Assembly (NCBI GenBank): GCA_963749905.1
Contig: CAVVOF010000007.1
Coordinates: 9,941 to 73,940 of the forward strand
Source: an uncultured Actinomycetota bacterium
Lineage (GTDB): Bacteria > Actinomycetota > Actinomycetes > S36-B12
DNA: 64,000 nt
Direction of reading: 5' to 3'
Shown here piece after piece: positions 43,240 to 54,389 of the stretch. The translations under genes were made by a program, and so were the position numbers. Under the pieces are notes generated by a model that saw only the letters and a list, made by a program, of their open reading frames with translations, did not search any database and was not told the DNA's origin. Each line of letters starts with the position of its first letter. Position 1 is the stretch's first letter.

Positions 43240-46140
43240 TTACCCAGTCTTCACACGGCGTCGGGCGGCTCGCTTCTTCGCTGGCGGCGGGGCCAGCAGC
43301 GGGCGCAGGAACGCACCGGTGTGGCTCTCCGCCACCAGGGCGACGTCCTCGGGCGTTCCAGCGGTGACGACGGTGCCGCCGCCCGAGCCGCCCTCCGGGC
43401 CCATGTCGACGATCCAGTCGGCCGTCTTGATCACGTCGAGGTTGTGCTCGATCACCAGGACGGTGTTGCCCTTGTCGACCAGGCTGTGCAGGACTCCGAG
43501 CAGCTTGCGGATGTCCTCGAAGTGCAGGCCCGTGGTCGGCTCGTCCAGCACGTAGATCGTGCGTCCGGTGGAGCGCTTCTGCAGCTCGGAGGCGAGCTTG
43601 ACCCGCTGGGCCTCGCCGCCGCTGAGCGTCGGCGCCGACTGGCCGAGTCGCACGTAGCCGAGGCCCACGTCGACCAGCGTCGTCAGATGTCGCGCGATGG
43701 CCGGCACGGCGGCGAAGAACTCGAGGGCCTCCTCGATCGGCATGTCGAGCACCTGGGCGATGGTCTTGCCCTTGAAGTGCACCTCGAGGGTCTCGCGGTT
43801 GTAGCGGGCGCCGTGGCAGACCTCGCACGGGACGTACACGTCCGGCAGGAAGTTCATCTCGATCTTGATGGTGCCGTCGCCGGCGCACGCCTCGCAGCGA
43901 CCGCCCTTGACGTTGAACGAGAACCGGCCCTGGAGGTAGCCGCGGACCTTCGCCTCCGGCGTCTCCGCGAACAGCCGACGGACGTGGTCGAACACGCCGG
44001 TGTAGGTGGCCGGATTGCTGCGCGGCGTGCGGCCGATCGGGCTCTGGTCGACATGGACGACCTTGTCCACGTTCTCCAGGCCGGTCACCTTCTTGTGCCG
44101 TCCCGGCACGTGACGCGCGCCGTTGAGATCGCGGGCGAGCACGTTGAACAGCACGTCGTTCACGAGCGTCGACTTGCCCGATCCGCTCACCCCGGTGACA
44201 GCCACCAGGTTCCCGACGGGGAAGGAGACCGTCACGTCCTTGAGGTTGTGCTCGGACGCCCCGTGCACGGTGAGCGCCCGGCCGTCCTGGGGGCGTCGAA
44301 TCACGGGCACGTCGATGGCGCGGCGGCCACTGAGGTACTGACCGGTGATCGACACGTCGCTGCCCAGCAGGCTCTCGAGCGGCCCGCTGACCACCACCTC
44401 GCCGCCGTGCTCGCCGGCTCCCGGGCCGATGTCCACGATCCAGTCAGCCGTTCGAATGGTGTCCTCGTCGTGCTCGACGACGATGAGGGTGTTGCCGAGG
44501 TCGCGGAGGCGGACCAGCGTCTCGATGAGCCGGTGGTTGTCACGCTGGTGCAGGCCGATGCTCGGTTCGTCCAGCACGTAGAGGACACCGACCAGGCCCG
44601 AGCCGATCTGCGTGGCCAGCCGGATCCGCTGGGCCTCGCCACCGGCCAGCGTCGCGGCGCCACGATCCAGCGAGAGGTAGTGCAGGCCGACGTCGACGAG
44701 GAACGTCAGCCGTTCGTTGACCTCCTTGAGCACGCGGGAGGCGATGTGCGCGTCTCGCTCGGAGAGCTCGAGGGTGGACAGCAGGTCGGCCGCCTCGCCG
44801 ATCGGGAGGGAGGCCACCTCGGCGATCGAGTGGTCGGCCACCGTGACGGCCAGGGCGATCGGCTTGAGCCGCGCACCGCCGCAGGCCGGGCAGGGCACCT
44901 CGCGCATGAAGCCCTCGAACCGCTCCCGGCTGGCGTCGCTGTCGGACTCGGCGTGCCGACGCTGGACGTAGGGGATGACCCCCTCGTACGCCGTGTAGTA
45001 GGAGCGCTGGCGGCCGTAGCGGTTCTTGTAGCGCACGTGCACCTCGGTCGGGTGACCCTCGAGGAGCGCCTTGCGCGCCTCGGTCGGCAGCTCACGCCAC
45101 GGCGTGTCCATGCTGATCTCGAGCTCGTCGCACATCGCCTCGAGCAGGCGCCCGAAGTAGTCGGACACCTGGCCGCGCGACCAGGGGGCGAGCGCGCCGC
45201 CCCGCAGCGACAGGTCCTCGTCGGGGACGATCAGCTCGGGGTCGACCTCGCGACGGGTGCCCAGCCCGGTGCACTCGGGGCAGGCCCCGAAGGGCGAGTT
45301 GAACGAGAACGAGCGTGGCTCGAGCTCCTCGAAGGACAGGCCGTCCCGCGGGCAGGCGAGATGCTCGCTGAAGGTGCGCTCACGATCGGGGTCCGACTCG
45401 TCGAGGTCGACGAAGTCGAGGACGACCAGCCCGCCGGACAGGCCCAGGGCCGTCTCCACCGAGTCGGTGAGCCGCCGGCGCGACTCGGGCTTCACCGCGA
45501 GCCGGTCGACGACCACCTCGATGGTGTGCTTCTCCTGCTTCTTGAGCGTCGGCACGCTCTCGAGGGCGTGCACGACGCCGTCGACCCGGGCCCGCGAGTA
45601 GCCCTGCGAGACCAGCTGTCGGAACAGGTCGGCGTACTCCCCCTTGCGCTCCCGAACCACCGGGGCCAGCACCTGGAAGCGGGTGCCCTCCGACAGGCCG
45701 AGCACCTGGTCGACGATCTGCTGCGGCGTCTGCCGCTCGATGACGTCGCCGCACACCGGGCAGTGCGGCACCCCGATGCGGGCGTACAGCAGGCGGAGGT
45801 AGTCGTACACCTCGGTGATGGTGCCGACCGTCGAACGGGGGTTGCGCGATGTGGACTTCTGGTCGATGGAGACGGCTGGGGACAGACCCTCGATGAAGTC
45901 CACGTCGGGCTTGTCCATCTGGCCGAGGAACTGCCGGGCGTACGAGGACAGGCTCTCCACGTACCGCCGCTGCCCCTCGGCGAAGATGGTGTCGAACGCG
46001 AGGCTGGACTTGCCGGAGCCCGAGAGCCCGGTGAACACGATGATGGCGTCCCGGGGCAGGTCCAGGGAGATGTCCTTGAGGTTGTGCTCCCGCGCTCCCC
46101 GGACGATCAGCCGCTCGTTCACTTCTCTCCCACTCCGCAC
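43240..46140 (-). CDS. uvrA: Excinuclease ABC subunit A
   Basis: 966 aa, intact. [14 protein letters not shown]…, zinc modules, second Walker [11 protein letters not shown]. Confidence 0.95.
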   Translation of the reverse strand: MRSGREVNERLIVRGAREHNLKDISLDLPRDAIIVFTGLSGSGKSSLAFDTIFAEGQRRYVESLSSYARQFLGQMDKPDVDFIEGLSPAVSIDQKSTSRNPRSTVGTITEVYDYLRLLYARIGVPHCPVCGDVIERQTPQQIVDQVLGLSEGTRFQVLAPVVRERKGEYADLFRQLVSQGYSRARVDGVVHALESVPTLKKQEKHTIEVVVDRLAVKPESRRRLTDSVETALGLSGGLVVLDFVDLDESDPDRERTFSEHLACPRDGLSFEELEPRSFSFNSPFGACPECTGLGTRREVDPELIVPDEDLSLRGGALAPWSRGQVSDYFGRLLEAMCDELEISMDTPWRELPTEARKALLEGHPTEVHVRYKNRYGRQRSYYTAYEGVIPYVQRRHAESDSDASRERFEGFMREVPCPACGGARLKPIALAVTVADHSIAEVASLPIGEAADLLSTLELSERDAHIASRVLKEVNERLTFLVDVGLHYLSLDRGAATLAGGEAQRIRLATQIGSGLVGVLYVLDEPSIGLHQRDNHRLIETLVRLRDLGNTLIVVEHDEDTIRTADWIVDIGPGAGEHGGEVVVSGPLESLLGSDVSITGQYLSGRRAIDVPVIRRPQDGRALTVHGASEHNLKDVTVSFPVGNLVAVTGVSGSGKSTLVNDVLFNVLARDLNGARHVPGRHKKVTGLENVDKVVHVDQSPIGRTPRSNPATYTGVFDHVRRLFAETPEAKVRGYLQGRFSFNVKGGRCEACAGDGTIKIEMNFLPDVYVPCEVCHGARYNRETLEVHFKGKTIAQVLDMPIEEALEFFAAVPAIARHLTTLVDVGLGYVRLGQSAPTLSGGEAQRVKLASELQKRSTGRTIYVLDEPTTGLHFEDIRKLLGVLHSLVDKGNTVLVIEHNLDVIKTADWIVDMGPEGGSGGGTVVTAGTPEDVALVAESHTGAFLRPLLAPPPAKKRAARRRVKTG

Positions 46141-46163
46141 GGACGAGGCAATACCCTGCTGCC

Positions 46164-46814
46164 ATGTACACCGGCCGAGTCAGCGTAGGCGGTCCCGCTG
46201 ACGTCCACGAACTCGGACACCTGATGATCAGCAAGTTGGCCGTGGGTCCGTACGACAACAACGTCTACCTGCTCCGCTGCCGGGCGACCGGTACCCAGGT
46301 CCTCGTCGACGCGGCCGCCGAGCCGGACCGGATCATCGACCTGATCGGCCCCGACGGCATCACCATGGTGGTCACCACGCACCGGCACCCGGACCACTGG
46401 CAGGCGCTGGCGGAGGTCGTCGAGCGGACGGGGGCGATCACGGCGGCCCACGTGCTGGACGCGCCGGGCATCCCGGTGCCGACGGACGTGCTTCTCGAGG
46501 ACGGCGACCGGGTGCCGGTGGGCACGTGCCAGCTCGAGGTCATCCACCTGGTGGGGCATACGCCGGGGTCGGCGGCCCTGCTCTACGACGACCCGGACGG
46601 CCCGCCTCACCTGCTGACCGGCGACTGCCTCTTCCCGGGGGGCGTCGGCAAGACCTCGTCGCCCGAGGACTTCGACAGCCTGTACACCGGCGTCGTCGAG
46701 CGGATCTTCAACGAGCTGCCGGACGAGACCTGGATCTACCCCGGGCACGGATTCGACACCACGGTCGGCGCCGAGCGGCCCGCCCTAGCGGAGTGGCAGG
46801 AGCGCGGATGGTGA
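46164..46814 (+). CDS. MBL-fold metallo-hydrolase
   Basis: 216 aa. THRHPDHW metal-binding motif. Divergent from uvrA. Confidence 0.85.
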   Translation: MYTGRVSVGGPADVHELGHLMISKLAVGPYDNNVYLLRCRATGTQVLVDAAAEPDRIIDLIGPDGITMVVTTHRHPDHWQALAEVVERTGAITAAHVLDAPGIPVPTDVLLEDGDRVPVGTCQLEVIHLVGHTPGSAALLYDDPDGPPHLLTGDCLFPGGVGKTSSPEDFDSLYTGVVERIFNELPDETWIYPGHGFDTTVGAERPALAEWQERGW

Positions 46815-47083
46815 GCAAGGGAGCCCGCACGCAGGAACTGCTGCGGGCACGCGGGGCCGCCCGGCGAGCGCGGCAGCTGTGGATCGCGCTGCTGGTCATC
46901 TGGGGGGCCGTGGTCGGCTGGGCCGCCTGGGGACTGGTCGGCATGCTCGCCGACGACAGCGACCTCGTCGCCTGGCTGACGTACCTCGTCCCGCTCGTCG
47001 TCCTGCTCGTGGGCTCCGCCCTGGCCTGGGCGCGGGTCTCGTCGATCGAGCGGAAGCTGGTCGAGGTGGCCGGCGAGCGCTAG
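46808..47083 (+). CDS. Small two-TM membrane protein (hypothetical)
   Basis: ATG at 46808 overlaps the MBL stop. 91 aa with two hydrophobic helices. Its stop shares a CTAG with the convergent terC stop. Confidence 0.45.
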   Translation: MVSKGARTQELLRARGAARRARQLWIALLVIWGAVVGWAAWGLVGMLADDSDLVAWLTYLVPLVVLLVGSALAWARVSSIERKLVEVAGER

Positions 47084-48084
47084 CCCGAGGTCTTCTCGTC
47101 CTCGTGCCCGGCGGTCACCCGCCCGGCGTGCGCGATCGCCGTCGGGTCCTTGCGCACCTTCAGCCACGAGGCGACGGTCACGATGACCAGGACCACAAGG
47201 ATGAACGCCAGACTCTGCACGGTGGTGATGTGCGGGATCGAGGGGTTCAGCTCGTGCAGGTAGGTCAGCACCAGCTTGATACCGATGAAGATCAGGATGA
47301 TCGCCAGGCCGGTGGACAGGTAGATGAGCTTGTCCAGCAGTCCCTTCAGCAGGAAGTACAGCGCCCGCAGTCCGAGCAGGGCGAACGCGTTCGCGGCGAA
47401 GACCAGGTACGGGATCTGGGTGACTCCGAAGGTCGCGGGGATCGAGTCGAGGGCGAAGAGCAGGTCCGTGGAGCCGATCGCGATCATGACCAGCAGCAGC
47501 GGGGTGATCGCCCGCCGGCCGTCGATGTGCGTGAGCAGCTTGGTGCCGTCGTAGTGGTCCGAGACGAGGAACCGCTTGCGCACGACGCGGACGACGGCGT
47601 TGTCCTGCGGTTCGGGGTCCTCGTTCCGGTGCCGGGCGAGCTGGATTCCGGTCCAGATCAGGATGGCTCCGAAGATCACGAAGGTGAAGGCGAAAGCCGC
47701 AAGGGCCGCTGCACCGATCGCGATGAAGACCGCCCGCATGACCAGCGCGAGCACGACGCCGAAGAGCAGCACCCGCTGGTGCAGTTCTGCGGGCACCGCG
47801 AATTGGGTGAGGATGATGATGAACACGAACAGGTTGTCGACGCTGAGGGACTTCTCCACCAAGTAGGCGGCGAAGTACTGGGTACCGATGTCACTGCCCT
47901 GCCACACCCACATGGCGATGCCGAACGCGACCGCCACGCCGATGTAGAAGATCGACCAAACGAGCGCCTCCTTGAACATCACCTCATGTGGCTTGCGGCT
48001 GACCGTCACGAAATCGAGCACGATCAGCACCGTGATGCCGAGCAGCGTCACCGCCCACAGGGCGAGCGTTACCTCCACGATCAA
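47080..48084 (-). CDS. TerC-family integral membrane protein
   Basis: 334 aa. [16 protein letters not shown] and [12 protein letters not shown]erC motifs. TTG/GTG start overlapping the upstream stop. Confidence 0.88.
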   Translation of the reverse strand: MIVEVTLALWAVTLLGITVLIVLDFVTVSRKPHEVMFKEALVWSIFYIGVAVAFGIAMWVWQGSDIGTQYFAAYLVEKSLSVDNLFVFIIILTQFAVPAELHQRVLLFGVVLALVMRAVFIAIGAAALAAFAFTFVIFGAILIWTGIQLARHRNEDPEPQDNAVVRVVRKRFLVSDHYDGTKLLTHIDGRRAITPLLLVMIAIGSTDLLFALDSIPATFGVTQIPYLVFAANAFALLGLRALYFLLKGLLDKLIYLSTGLAIILIFIGIKLVLTYLHELNPSIPHITTVQSLAFILVVLVIVTVASWLKVRKDPTAIAHAGRVTAGHEDEKTSG

Positions 48085-49058
48085 CCTTCCGGGGTGTCCG
48101 CGCGGGGACCACGATCCCGCGTTGCATACACACTAGTGATGGCCGTGACAGCCAGCACGCCGACGATCACGACCAGCGACAGCCACACCGGGATGACCGG
48201 AACGTCGAGGTTCGTGGTGGCGTGGATCGCCTCGAGCAGGAGCTTGATGCCGATGAACGCGAGGATGATCGCCAGGCCGCGGTTGAGGTGCTGCAGGCGC
48301 TCCAGCAGTCCGTGCAGAAGGAAGTACAGCTGACGCAGCCCCATCAGCGCGAAGGCGTTCACCGCGAAGACGAGGTAGGCCTCACTGGTGATGCCGAACA
48401 CGGCCGGGATCGAGTCGAGTGCGAACAGCAGGTCGGTGGTGCCGATCGCGAGCATCACCATCGCCATCGGCGTGAGTGCGCGCCGGCCGGCCACCCGGGT
48501 GATCAGCTTCGTGCCGTCGTAGTGCGGCGAGGTCGGGAAGTGGTTCCCCACCCAGCGGATGAAGCCGTTGCCGTTCGGGTCTGGCTCCGCGTCCTCCGAG
48601 CGCCACACCTGCCACGCCGTGAACAGCAGGAAGGCTCCGAAGAGGTAGAAGGTGCCCGCGAACCGTTCGATCAGCTCCGCGCCGACCACGATGAGCAGGC
48701 CGCGCAGCACGAGGGCGATCACGATGCCGATGAGCAGGACACGGTGCTGCAGGTGCGCGGGCACCGCGAACGAGCCCATGATCACCATGAAGACGAAGAG
48801 GTTGTCGACGCTGAGCGAGTACTCCATCAGGTAGCCCGCGACGAACTGCCCGCCGTACACCAAGCCGAAGTACCAGGCGACGAACACGGCGAACAGGGCG
48901 GCGAGCGCGATGTAGAAGATCACCCAGCGCGCGGCCTCGCGGGGCCCGAAGTCATGCGGCCGGCGGTCGACGATGATCAGGTCGAGGATGATGATCCCCA
49001 CGAGTCCGAGCAGGGTCGCGGCCCACAGCCAGCCCGGTACGTCGAGCGCTGCGGTCAC
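48081..49058 (-). CDS. TerC-family integral membrane protein (paralogue)
   Basis: 325 aa with the same motifs ([28 protein letters not shown]). GTG at 49058 overlaps the uvrB TGA (GTGA). Confidence 0.88.
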   Translation of the reverse strand: MTAALDVPGWLWAATLLGLVGIIILDLIIVDRRPHDFGPREAARWVIFYIALAALFAVFVAWYFGLVYGGQFVAGYLMEYSLSVDNLFVFMVIMGSFAVPAHLQHRVLLIGIVIALVLRGLLIVVGAELIERFAGTFYLFGAFLLFTAWQVWRSEDAEPDPNGNGFIRWVGNHFPTSPHYDGTKLITRVAGRRALTPMAMVMLAIGTTDLLFALDSIPAVFGITSEAYLVFAVNAFALMGLRQLYFLLHGLLERLQHLNRGLAIILAFIGIKLLLEAIHATTNLDVPVIPVWLSLVVIVGVLAVTAITSVYATRDRGPRADTPEG

Positions 49059-51124
49059 CCGATGCCTGCCTCGCGCATGCCGCGCAGCTCCTTCTTCAGG
49101 TCGGAGACCTCGTCGCGCAGCCGGGCCGCCAGCTCGAACTGGAGCTCGGCCGCTGCCTGGTGCATCTGGGCCGTGAGGTCCTCGATCAGCCGCGTGAGCT
49201 CATCGGCGGCGAGTGACCGTCCACCAGCGGCCCGCTTGCCGGCCCGCTTGGCCGCCGGCTGGGAGAGCAGTTCCGCGGTGTCGGCGTCCTCGCGTGCCAG
49301 CAGGTCGGTGATGTCGGCGATCTTCTTGCGGAGCGGCTGCGGATCGAGGCCCATCTCCTCGTTGTAGGCCACCTGCTTGGCCCGCCGACGGGTGGTCTCG
49401 TCGATCGCCCGCTGCATGGACGGGGTGACCTTGTCGGCGTACATATGGACCTGCCCCGACACGTTGCGGGCGGCGCGGCCGATCGTCTGGATCAGCGAGG
49501 TCTCCGAGCGCAGGAACCCCTCCTTGTCCGCGTCGAGGATGGCCACCAGCGAGACCTCGGGCAGGTCGAGCCCCTCCCGCAGCAGGTTGATCCCCACCAG
49601 GACGTCGAACACGCCCATCCGCAGCTCGCGCAGCAGCTCCACGCGGCGCAGTGTGTCCACGTCCGAGTGCAGGTACTGCACCCGGACACCGTGCTCGAGC
49701 AGGTAGTCGGTGAGGTCCTCCGCCATCCGCTTGGTCAGAGTCGTCACCAGCGCCCGCTCGCCGCGCTCCGCGCGGTCCTTGATCTCCCCCATCAGGTCGT
49801 CGATCTGACCCGTCGTGGGCTTGACCACGATCTCCGGATCCACCAGGCCGGTGGGCCGGATCACCTGCTCCACCACGTCGCCCTGCACACGCGTCAGCTC
49901 GTAGGGTCCGGGAGTGGCGGAGAGGTAGATCGTCTGCCCGATCCGCTCCACGAACTCGTCCCATCGCAGGGGACGGTTGTCCATCGCGCTCGGCAGCCGG
50001 AAGCCATGCTCGACGAGGGTGCGCTTGCGGCTCATGTCGCCCTCGTACATCGCACCGATCTGGGGCACGGTCACGTGCGACTCGTCGATCACCAGCAGGA
50101 AGTCCTCGGGGAAGTAGTCGAGAAGGCAGTTGGGGGCGCTGCCCGGCTCGCGTCCGTCGATGTGCCGCGAGTAGTTCTCGATGCCGGCGCAGGAGCCGAC
50201 CTGCCGCATCATCTCGATGTCGTACGTCGTGCGCATGCGCAGCCGCTGCGCCTCCAGCAGCTTGCCCTGCCGGTCCAGCTCGGCCAGCCGGTCCTCGAGT
50301 TCGGCCTCGATTCCCGCGATGGCTCGCTCCATGCGCTCGGGGCCCGCGACGTAGTGCGTCGCCGGGAAGACATAGATCTCCTCGTCCTCGGTGAGGATCT
50401 CCCCCGTGACCGGGTGCAGGGTCATCAGCCGCTCGATCTCGTCACCGAACATCTCGATGCGGACCGGGTGCTCCTCGTACACCGGGAAGACCTCGACGGT
50501 GTCCCCCCGGACGCGGAAGGTGCCGCGCTGGAAGGACAGGTCGTTGCGCGTGTACTGGATGTCGACGAACGCGCGCAGCAGCTGCTCGCGGTTGAACTCC
50601 TCGCCCACCCGCAGGCGCACCATCCGGTCCACGTACTCCTGCGGGGTGCCGAGACCGTAGATGGCGGACACGCTGGCCACGACCAGGCAGTCGCGGCGGG
50701 TGAGCAGGCTGTTGGTCGCCGAGTGCCGGAGCCGCTCGACCTCCTCGTTGATCGAGGAGTCCTTCTCGATGTAGGTGTCGCTCTGCGGGATGTACGCCTC
50801 AGGTTGGTAGTAGTCGTAGTAGGAGACGAAGTACTCGACTGCGTTGTCCGGCAGCAGCTCCTTGAACTCGGAGGTCAGCTGGGCGGCCAGGGTCTTGTTC
50901 GGAGCCATCACCAGTGTGGGCCGCTGCAGCTCCTCCACCAGCCAGGCGGTGGTGGCGCTCTTGCCGGTGCCGGTCGCGCCCAGCAGCACGATGTCCTGCT
51001 CGCCCGACCGGATGCGGCGAGCGATCTCTGCGATGGCCTCGGGCTGGTCGCCGGACGGCTGGAAGGGTGCGCGAACCGTGAAGGGCGCGACCTTGCGCTG
51101 CAGATCGGTTACCGGGCGGGTCAC
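49055..51124 (-). CDS. uvrB: Excinuclease ABC subunit B
   Basis: 689 aa, intact. [14 protein letters not shown] box, C-terminal UVR domain. Confidence 0.95.
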   Translation of the reverse strand: MTRPVTDLQRKVAPFTVRAPFQPSGDQPEAIAEIARRIRSGEQDIVLLGATGTGKSATTAWLVEELQRPTLVMAPNKTLAAQLTSEFKELLPDNAVEYFVSYYDYYQPEAYIPQSDTYIEKDSSINEEVERLRHSATNSLLTRRDCLVVASVSAIYGLGTPQEYVDRMVRLRVGEEFNREQLLRAFVDIQYTRNDLSFQRGTFRVRGDTVEVFPVYEEHPVRIEMFGDEIERLMTLHPVTGEILTEDEEIYVFPATHYVAGPERMERAIAGIEAELEDRLAELDRQGKLLEAQRLRMRTTYDIEMMRQVGSCAGIENYSRHIDGREPGSAPNCLLDYFPEDFLLVIDESHVTVPQIGAMYEGDMSRKRTLVEHGFRLPSAMDNRPLRWDEFVERIGQTIYLSATPGPYELTRVQGDVVEQVIRPTGLVDPEIVVKPTTGQIDDLMGEIKDRAERGERALVTTLTKRMAEDLTDYLLEHGVRVQYLHSDVDTLRRVELLRELRMGVFDVLVGINLLREGLDLPEVSLVAILDADKEGFLRSETSLIQTIGRAARNVSGQVHMYADKVTPSMQRAIDETTRRRAKQVAYNEEMGLDPQPLRKKIADITDLLAREDADTAELLSQPAAKRAGKRAAGGRSLAADELTRLIEDLTAQMHQAAAELQFELAARLRDEVSDLKKELRGMREAGIG

Positions 51125-51735
51125 TCCGCCACGCTAGTCGATGGCCCTGACATCGTGAGTCGCTGCCAGAGGTCCTCGACCTGCGCCCGCGTCTGCGCTT
51201 CCGTGCCGCTGTTGTCGATGACCACGTCGGCGGCCGCGAGCCGTTCAGCCCGGGTGGCCTGCGCCGCGATCCTGCGTCGCACATCCGCCTCCTCGAGTCC
51301 CCGCTGGCCCACCGCCCGAGCGATCTGCGTATCGACCGGGACGTCGACGACGACCACGACGTCCACGAGATCCGCCTGTCCGGTCTCGACGAGCAGCGGC
51401 ATGTCGTACACCACGACCTGGGCATCGGGCTGGGCCGAGATTCGGCGCTGGCCCTCGTCACGGATCCGCGGATGCATGATCGCGTTCAGCCGGCCGGTGC
51501 CCTCCGGATCCGCGAAGGCCCGGGCCGCCAGCCGAGCGCGCGCGAGGGTGCCGTCCTCGTTCAGGATGTCGTCGCCGAACTCGGCGACGAGGGCGTCCAG
51601 TGCCGGGCTGCCCGGCTGCACGATCTCACGGGCGATCTGGTCGGCATCGACGATCACGGCCCCCCGCCCGGCCAGCAGCGCGGCGACCGTCGACTTGCCC
51701 GCTCCGATGCCGCCGGTGAGCCCGATGCGAATCAT
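51121..51735 (-). CDS. coaE: Dephospho-CoA kinase
   Basis: 204 aa. [18 protein letters not shown]…. Confidence 0.9.
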   Translation of the reverse strand: MIRIGLTGGIGAGKSTVAALLAGRGAVIVDADQIAREIVQPGSPALDALVAEFGDDILNEDGTLARARLAARAFADPEGTGRLNAIMHPRIRDEGQRRISAQPDAQVVVYDMPLLVETGQADLVDVVVVVDVPVDTQIARAVGQRGLEEADVRRRIAAQATRAERLAAADVVIDNSGTEAQTRAQVEDLWQRLTMSGPSTSVAE

Positions 51736-51804
51736 GCGCGCAGACTAGCCCGCGCCAAGGCCCGCACGCCCAGGACGGGCATTGACGCACTCCTTCGGCA
51801 TTAC

Positions 51805-51839
51805 CGGATCTATATTCCGTACCCCGAATCTGTATTCGG
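51805..51839. promoter_or_regulatory. AT-rich promoter/operator region of the wHTH gene
   Basis: CGGATCTATATTCCG (51805-51819, contains a TATATT -10-like hexamer) and the palindrome CCGAAT-CTGT-ATTCGG (51824-51839). GC content drops locally. Confidence 0.4.
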
Positions 51840-51932
51840 TTTATGTGGCCCATCTTCGGCTTTAGGAAGGCCATAGCGGCGAACACCACGGCCAGATGGA
51901 CATCTGGACCCCCTCACGGCATATTCGGCTTC

Positions 51933-52457
51933 ATGAAAGCCGCATCTCCCGCTCTTCTCCCGCTCCTGCGGTCGCAGACGCAGGGGGAACTGCTGGCGCT
52001 GCTCTTCCTCAATCCCGAAGATGAATTCTCACTGACGGAGGTGGCCCGGCGCACCGACTCGTCCCTCACCACCGTGCACGCCGAGGTGTCCCGCCTGGTC
52101 CGCGCCGGGGTGATCCGAGACCGACGCGTGGGCAACATCCGTCTCGTGTCAGCCGACACCTCCACTGCCCTGTCCGAGCCGCTGACGGACCTCCTGACGG
52201 TCACCTACGGGCCACGCACCGTGCTCGCCGATGAGCTCGCCGCCGTCACGGGTATCGAGCGGGCGTTCATCCACGGTGCGTGGGCGGAGCGGCACGCCGG
52301 TCAGGACGGCCCGGTCCCCGACCGGCTGGACGTCCTCGTGGTGGGCGGTGCCCGGGACGAGGCGATCAGTCAGGCAGCTGCGACGGCCGGCAGCAGGCTG
52401 CATCGGCAGGTCGTCATCCGCCAGGTGTCCGTTGCCGAGTGGGCGGCCACGAGATGA
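51933..52457 (+). CDS. Winged-helix (ArsR/MarR-like) regulator with a C-terminal minimal nucleotidyltransferase-like domain
   Basis: ATG at 51933 (MKAASPALLPLLRSQTQGELLALLFLNPEDEFSLTEVARR…). C-terminal …DRLDVLVVGGARDE… A possible +1 shift at about 52450 would extend it with DEGRVDGAGLADLASGALVPIDL. Confidence 0.65.
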   Translation: MKAASPALLPLLRSQTQGELLALLFLNPEDEFSLTEVARRTDSSLTTVHAEVSRLVRAGVIRDRRVGNIRLVSADTSTALSEPLTDLLTVTYGPRTVLADELAAVTGIERAFIHGAWAERHAGQDGPVPDRLDVLVVGGARDEAISQAAATAGSRLHRQVVIRQVSVAEWAATR

Positions 52458-52617
52458 GGGTCGCGTCGACGGCGCCGGCTTGGCCGACCTTGCCTCCGGT
52501 GCACTCGTGCCCATCGACCTCACCCCCCGTGAGCGTCCCCCCACGCGCTCCGTCAGCCCCACCGTCGCCATCCCACCGGAGCAACCGCCGCCGATACCGG
52601 CGGAACAGCACCCGGAG

Positions 52618-52944
52618 CTACCACCAGCTGAGGGCTCGGGGCGCGCTTGTCCCCTGCTCGAGATGGTGCCCGCCCTCGGCGCACGCCTGCCGCACTGGGA
52701 CCTGCCCCGGCCCCCGGTTCCCGCGGTGCCGGATGTGGTGCACCGGGTGCTGGGCGGGGTAGTCCACGTCGTCAGCCTGCAGTGGCTGCCATGGGACTCG
52801 CCTGAACCGGAACGCCGGCACGACGAGTGCTGCCCGGGCTGCACCGGCCACTGAGGCCAGAAGCCGGCACCCGCTCCGGCCGCGTCTACCTACGGAATCC
52901 GTCGTCCGACCGGTCATGACCACATCGGCCGGATGACCGGTCAT
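52618..52944 (-). CDS. Hypothetical ORF; strand and frame unresolved
   Basis: 108-aa ORF with no family recognised. The exactly codon-antisense plus-strand ORF (52231-52854 frame) is equally open. Position-specific GC (about 81/53/89 versus 89/53/81) only weakly favours the minus strand. Confidence 0.25.
   Translation of the reverse strand: MTGHPADVVMTGRTTDSVGRRGRSGCRLLASVAGAARAALVVPAFRFRRVPWQPLQADDVDYPAQHPVHHIRHRGNRGPGQVPVRQACAEGGHHLEQGTSAPRALSWW
52908..52944. repeat. Two copies of GACCGGTCAT 27 nt apart, the second inside a perfect 12-bp palindrome ATGACCGGTCAT
   Basis: 52908-52917 and 52935-52944. Each copy supplies an in-frame ATG-ACC-GGT to the minus-strand ORF. Confidence 0.7.
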
Positions 52945-52965
52945 CGACTGTCGTGTCGCCCCATG

Positions 52966-53005
52966 GGAATAGTGCAGCCCGGAATAGTATTCCTCTCTGC
53001 ACTAT
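52966..53005. promoter_or_regulatory. Nested palindromes over a -10-like TAGTAT upstream of the ATPase gene
   Basis: ATAGTGCAG (52969-52977) pairs with CTGCACTAT (52997-53005). Inner palindrome GGAATA-G-TATTCC at 52981-52993. GGAATAGT occurs twice. Ends 14 nt before the GTG at 53019 (RBS GAGGTGA). Confidence 0.5.
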
Positions 53006-53018
53006 CGAGTGAGGTGAC

Positions 53019-54359
53019 GTGGGGCTGATCGGACGGCGATCGGAACTGGCGGAGCTGGACGCGCTGCTGGACGACGTCCGCAGGGGCACTCACGCCGATC
53101 GAGGCCTGATGACCGTGGTCCGCGGCCGTCGTCGGGTCGGCAAGTCGCGGCTGGTGGCCGAGTTCGTGGCCGGGTGCGGTGTGCCCTCGTTCTACGTCGA
53201 GGCCGCGCGTGGCAGCCAGTCACAGGCAGAGCTGCTCGCACTCGCGGACGCGGTGCCGCCAGATCAGCCGTCGGTGGTCGTTGTTGACGATGTGTCCTGG
53301 CTGCTCAGTGACAGCGGCCAGGGTCTCGACGCGCTCCGGTCGCTCTGGGACCGGCAGCTGGCCGCTCGGCCGGTCCTGCTGCTGCTCCTCGGCTCGGACA
53401 CCGCGGCCATGGACCAGCTGAGCCGTCCACCGCAGCCGTGGCGGGGACGCAGCGCGACGCTGGTCGTGGAGCCCCTCAGTCCCGCCGGGATCGCCGAGGT
53501 GACCGGCCTGAGCGGGTTCGACGCTTTCGATGCGCACCTGATCACCGGGGGCTACCCGCTGGTCGTGCAGGAGTGGGAGCGCGGGATGTCCCGTGATGAG
53601 TTCCTCCGCACCTCCCTGGCGCGGTCCACGAGCGCGCTCGTGGTGGCGGGGGCGCGGCTGCTGGCCGGCTCGCTGCCCGAGACCACGTACGCGCGCGCGG
53701 TGCTGTCTGCGATCGGCGGCCGAGGAGACCGGACCTTCACCAGCATCCTGAACTCCGTCTCCGACGGCTCGATGTCGCGCAACTCGGTTACGGCGAATCT
53801 GGAGACCCTGTCGGCCACGGGTCTGATCACCGCGGATGAGCCGCTGTCCCTACGGCCCGCGCCGAAGGACCGGCGGTGGCGCGTCGCGGATCCGGCGCTC
53901 GGCTTCTGGCTGACGTTCGTCGAGCCGGCTCTGGGAGAGGTCGATCGGGGACAGCCGGAAGCGGCACTGCACCGGGTCGACACCGGCTTCGGCGCGTGGC
54001 GGGACCGCGCCGTCGAGCCGGTCGTTCGCGACGCACTCGTCCGTCTGCTCCCGGACAGTGACTGGCAATCGGTACGACGGGTCGGCGGCTGGTGGCCGCG
54101 CAGCAACACCCCGGAGCTCGCCCTGGTAGGCGTAGACGACGCCCCTGCGTCGCGCATCGGCTTCGTGGGAGCGCTCGCCTGGCGGGCGTCCGGCGCACTC
54201 AGCGCCCGGGAGATCACCCGGCTGGCTGAGGACGCACTGCGAGTCCCGGGAGCCGACGTCGGCACGCCCCTCGTGGCCGTCTGCCCGGGCGGCTGCGACG
54301 CCGACGAGCGGATCTCGCGGGCATGGACGGCGGACGACCTGCTGGCCGCCTGGGCCTAG
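53019..54359 (+). CDS. AAA-type ATPase of the Arch_ATPase + DUF234 architecture
   Basis: 446 aa. LIGRRSELAELDALL…VVRGRRRVGKSRLV (Walker A), VVVVDDVSWL (Walker B), C-terminal …GGWW…ELALVGVD… resembling DUF234. Confidence 0.75.
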   Translation: MGLIGRRSELAELDALLDDVRRGTHADRGLMTVVRGRRRVGKSRLVAEFVAGCGVPSFYVEAARGSQSQAELLALADAVPPDQPSVVVVDDVSWLLSDSGQGLDALRSLWDRQLAARPVLLLLLGSDTAAMDQLSRPPQPWRGRSATLVVEPLSPAGIAEVTGLSGFDAFDAHLITGGYPLVVQEWERGMSRDEFLRTSLARSTSALVVAGARLLAGSLPETTYARAVLSAIGGRGDRTFTSILNSVSDGSMSRNSVTANLETLSATGLITADEPLSLRPAPKDRRWRVADPALGFWLTFVEPALGEVDRGQPEAALHRVDTGFGAWRDRAVEPVVRDALVRLLPDSDWQSVRRVGGWWPRSNTPELALVGVDDAPASRIGFVGALAWRASGALSAREITRLAEDALRVPGADVGTPLVAVCPGGCDADERISRAWTADDLLAAWA

Positions 54360-54389
54360 CCGCCGCCCGAAGCACTGACCCGAGCATGC

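Noticed and set aside
49040-49070. yybP-ykoY (Mn) riboswitch upstream of the TerC genes.
   Set aside because: There is no intergenic space. The first terC start overlaps the uvrB stop codon.
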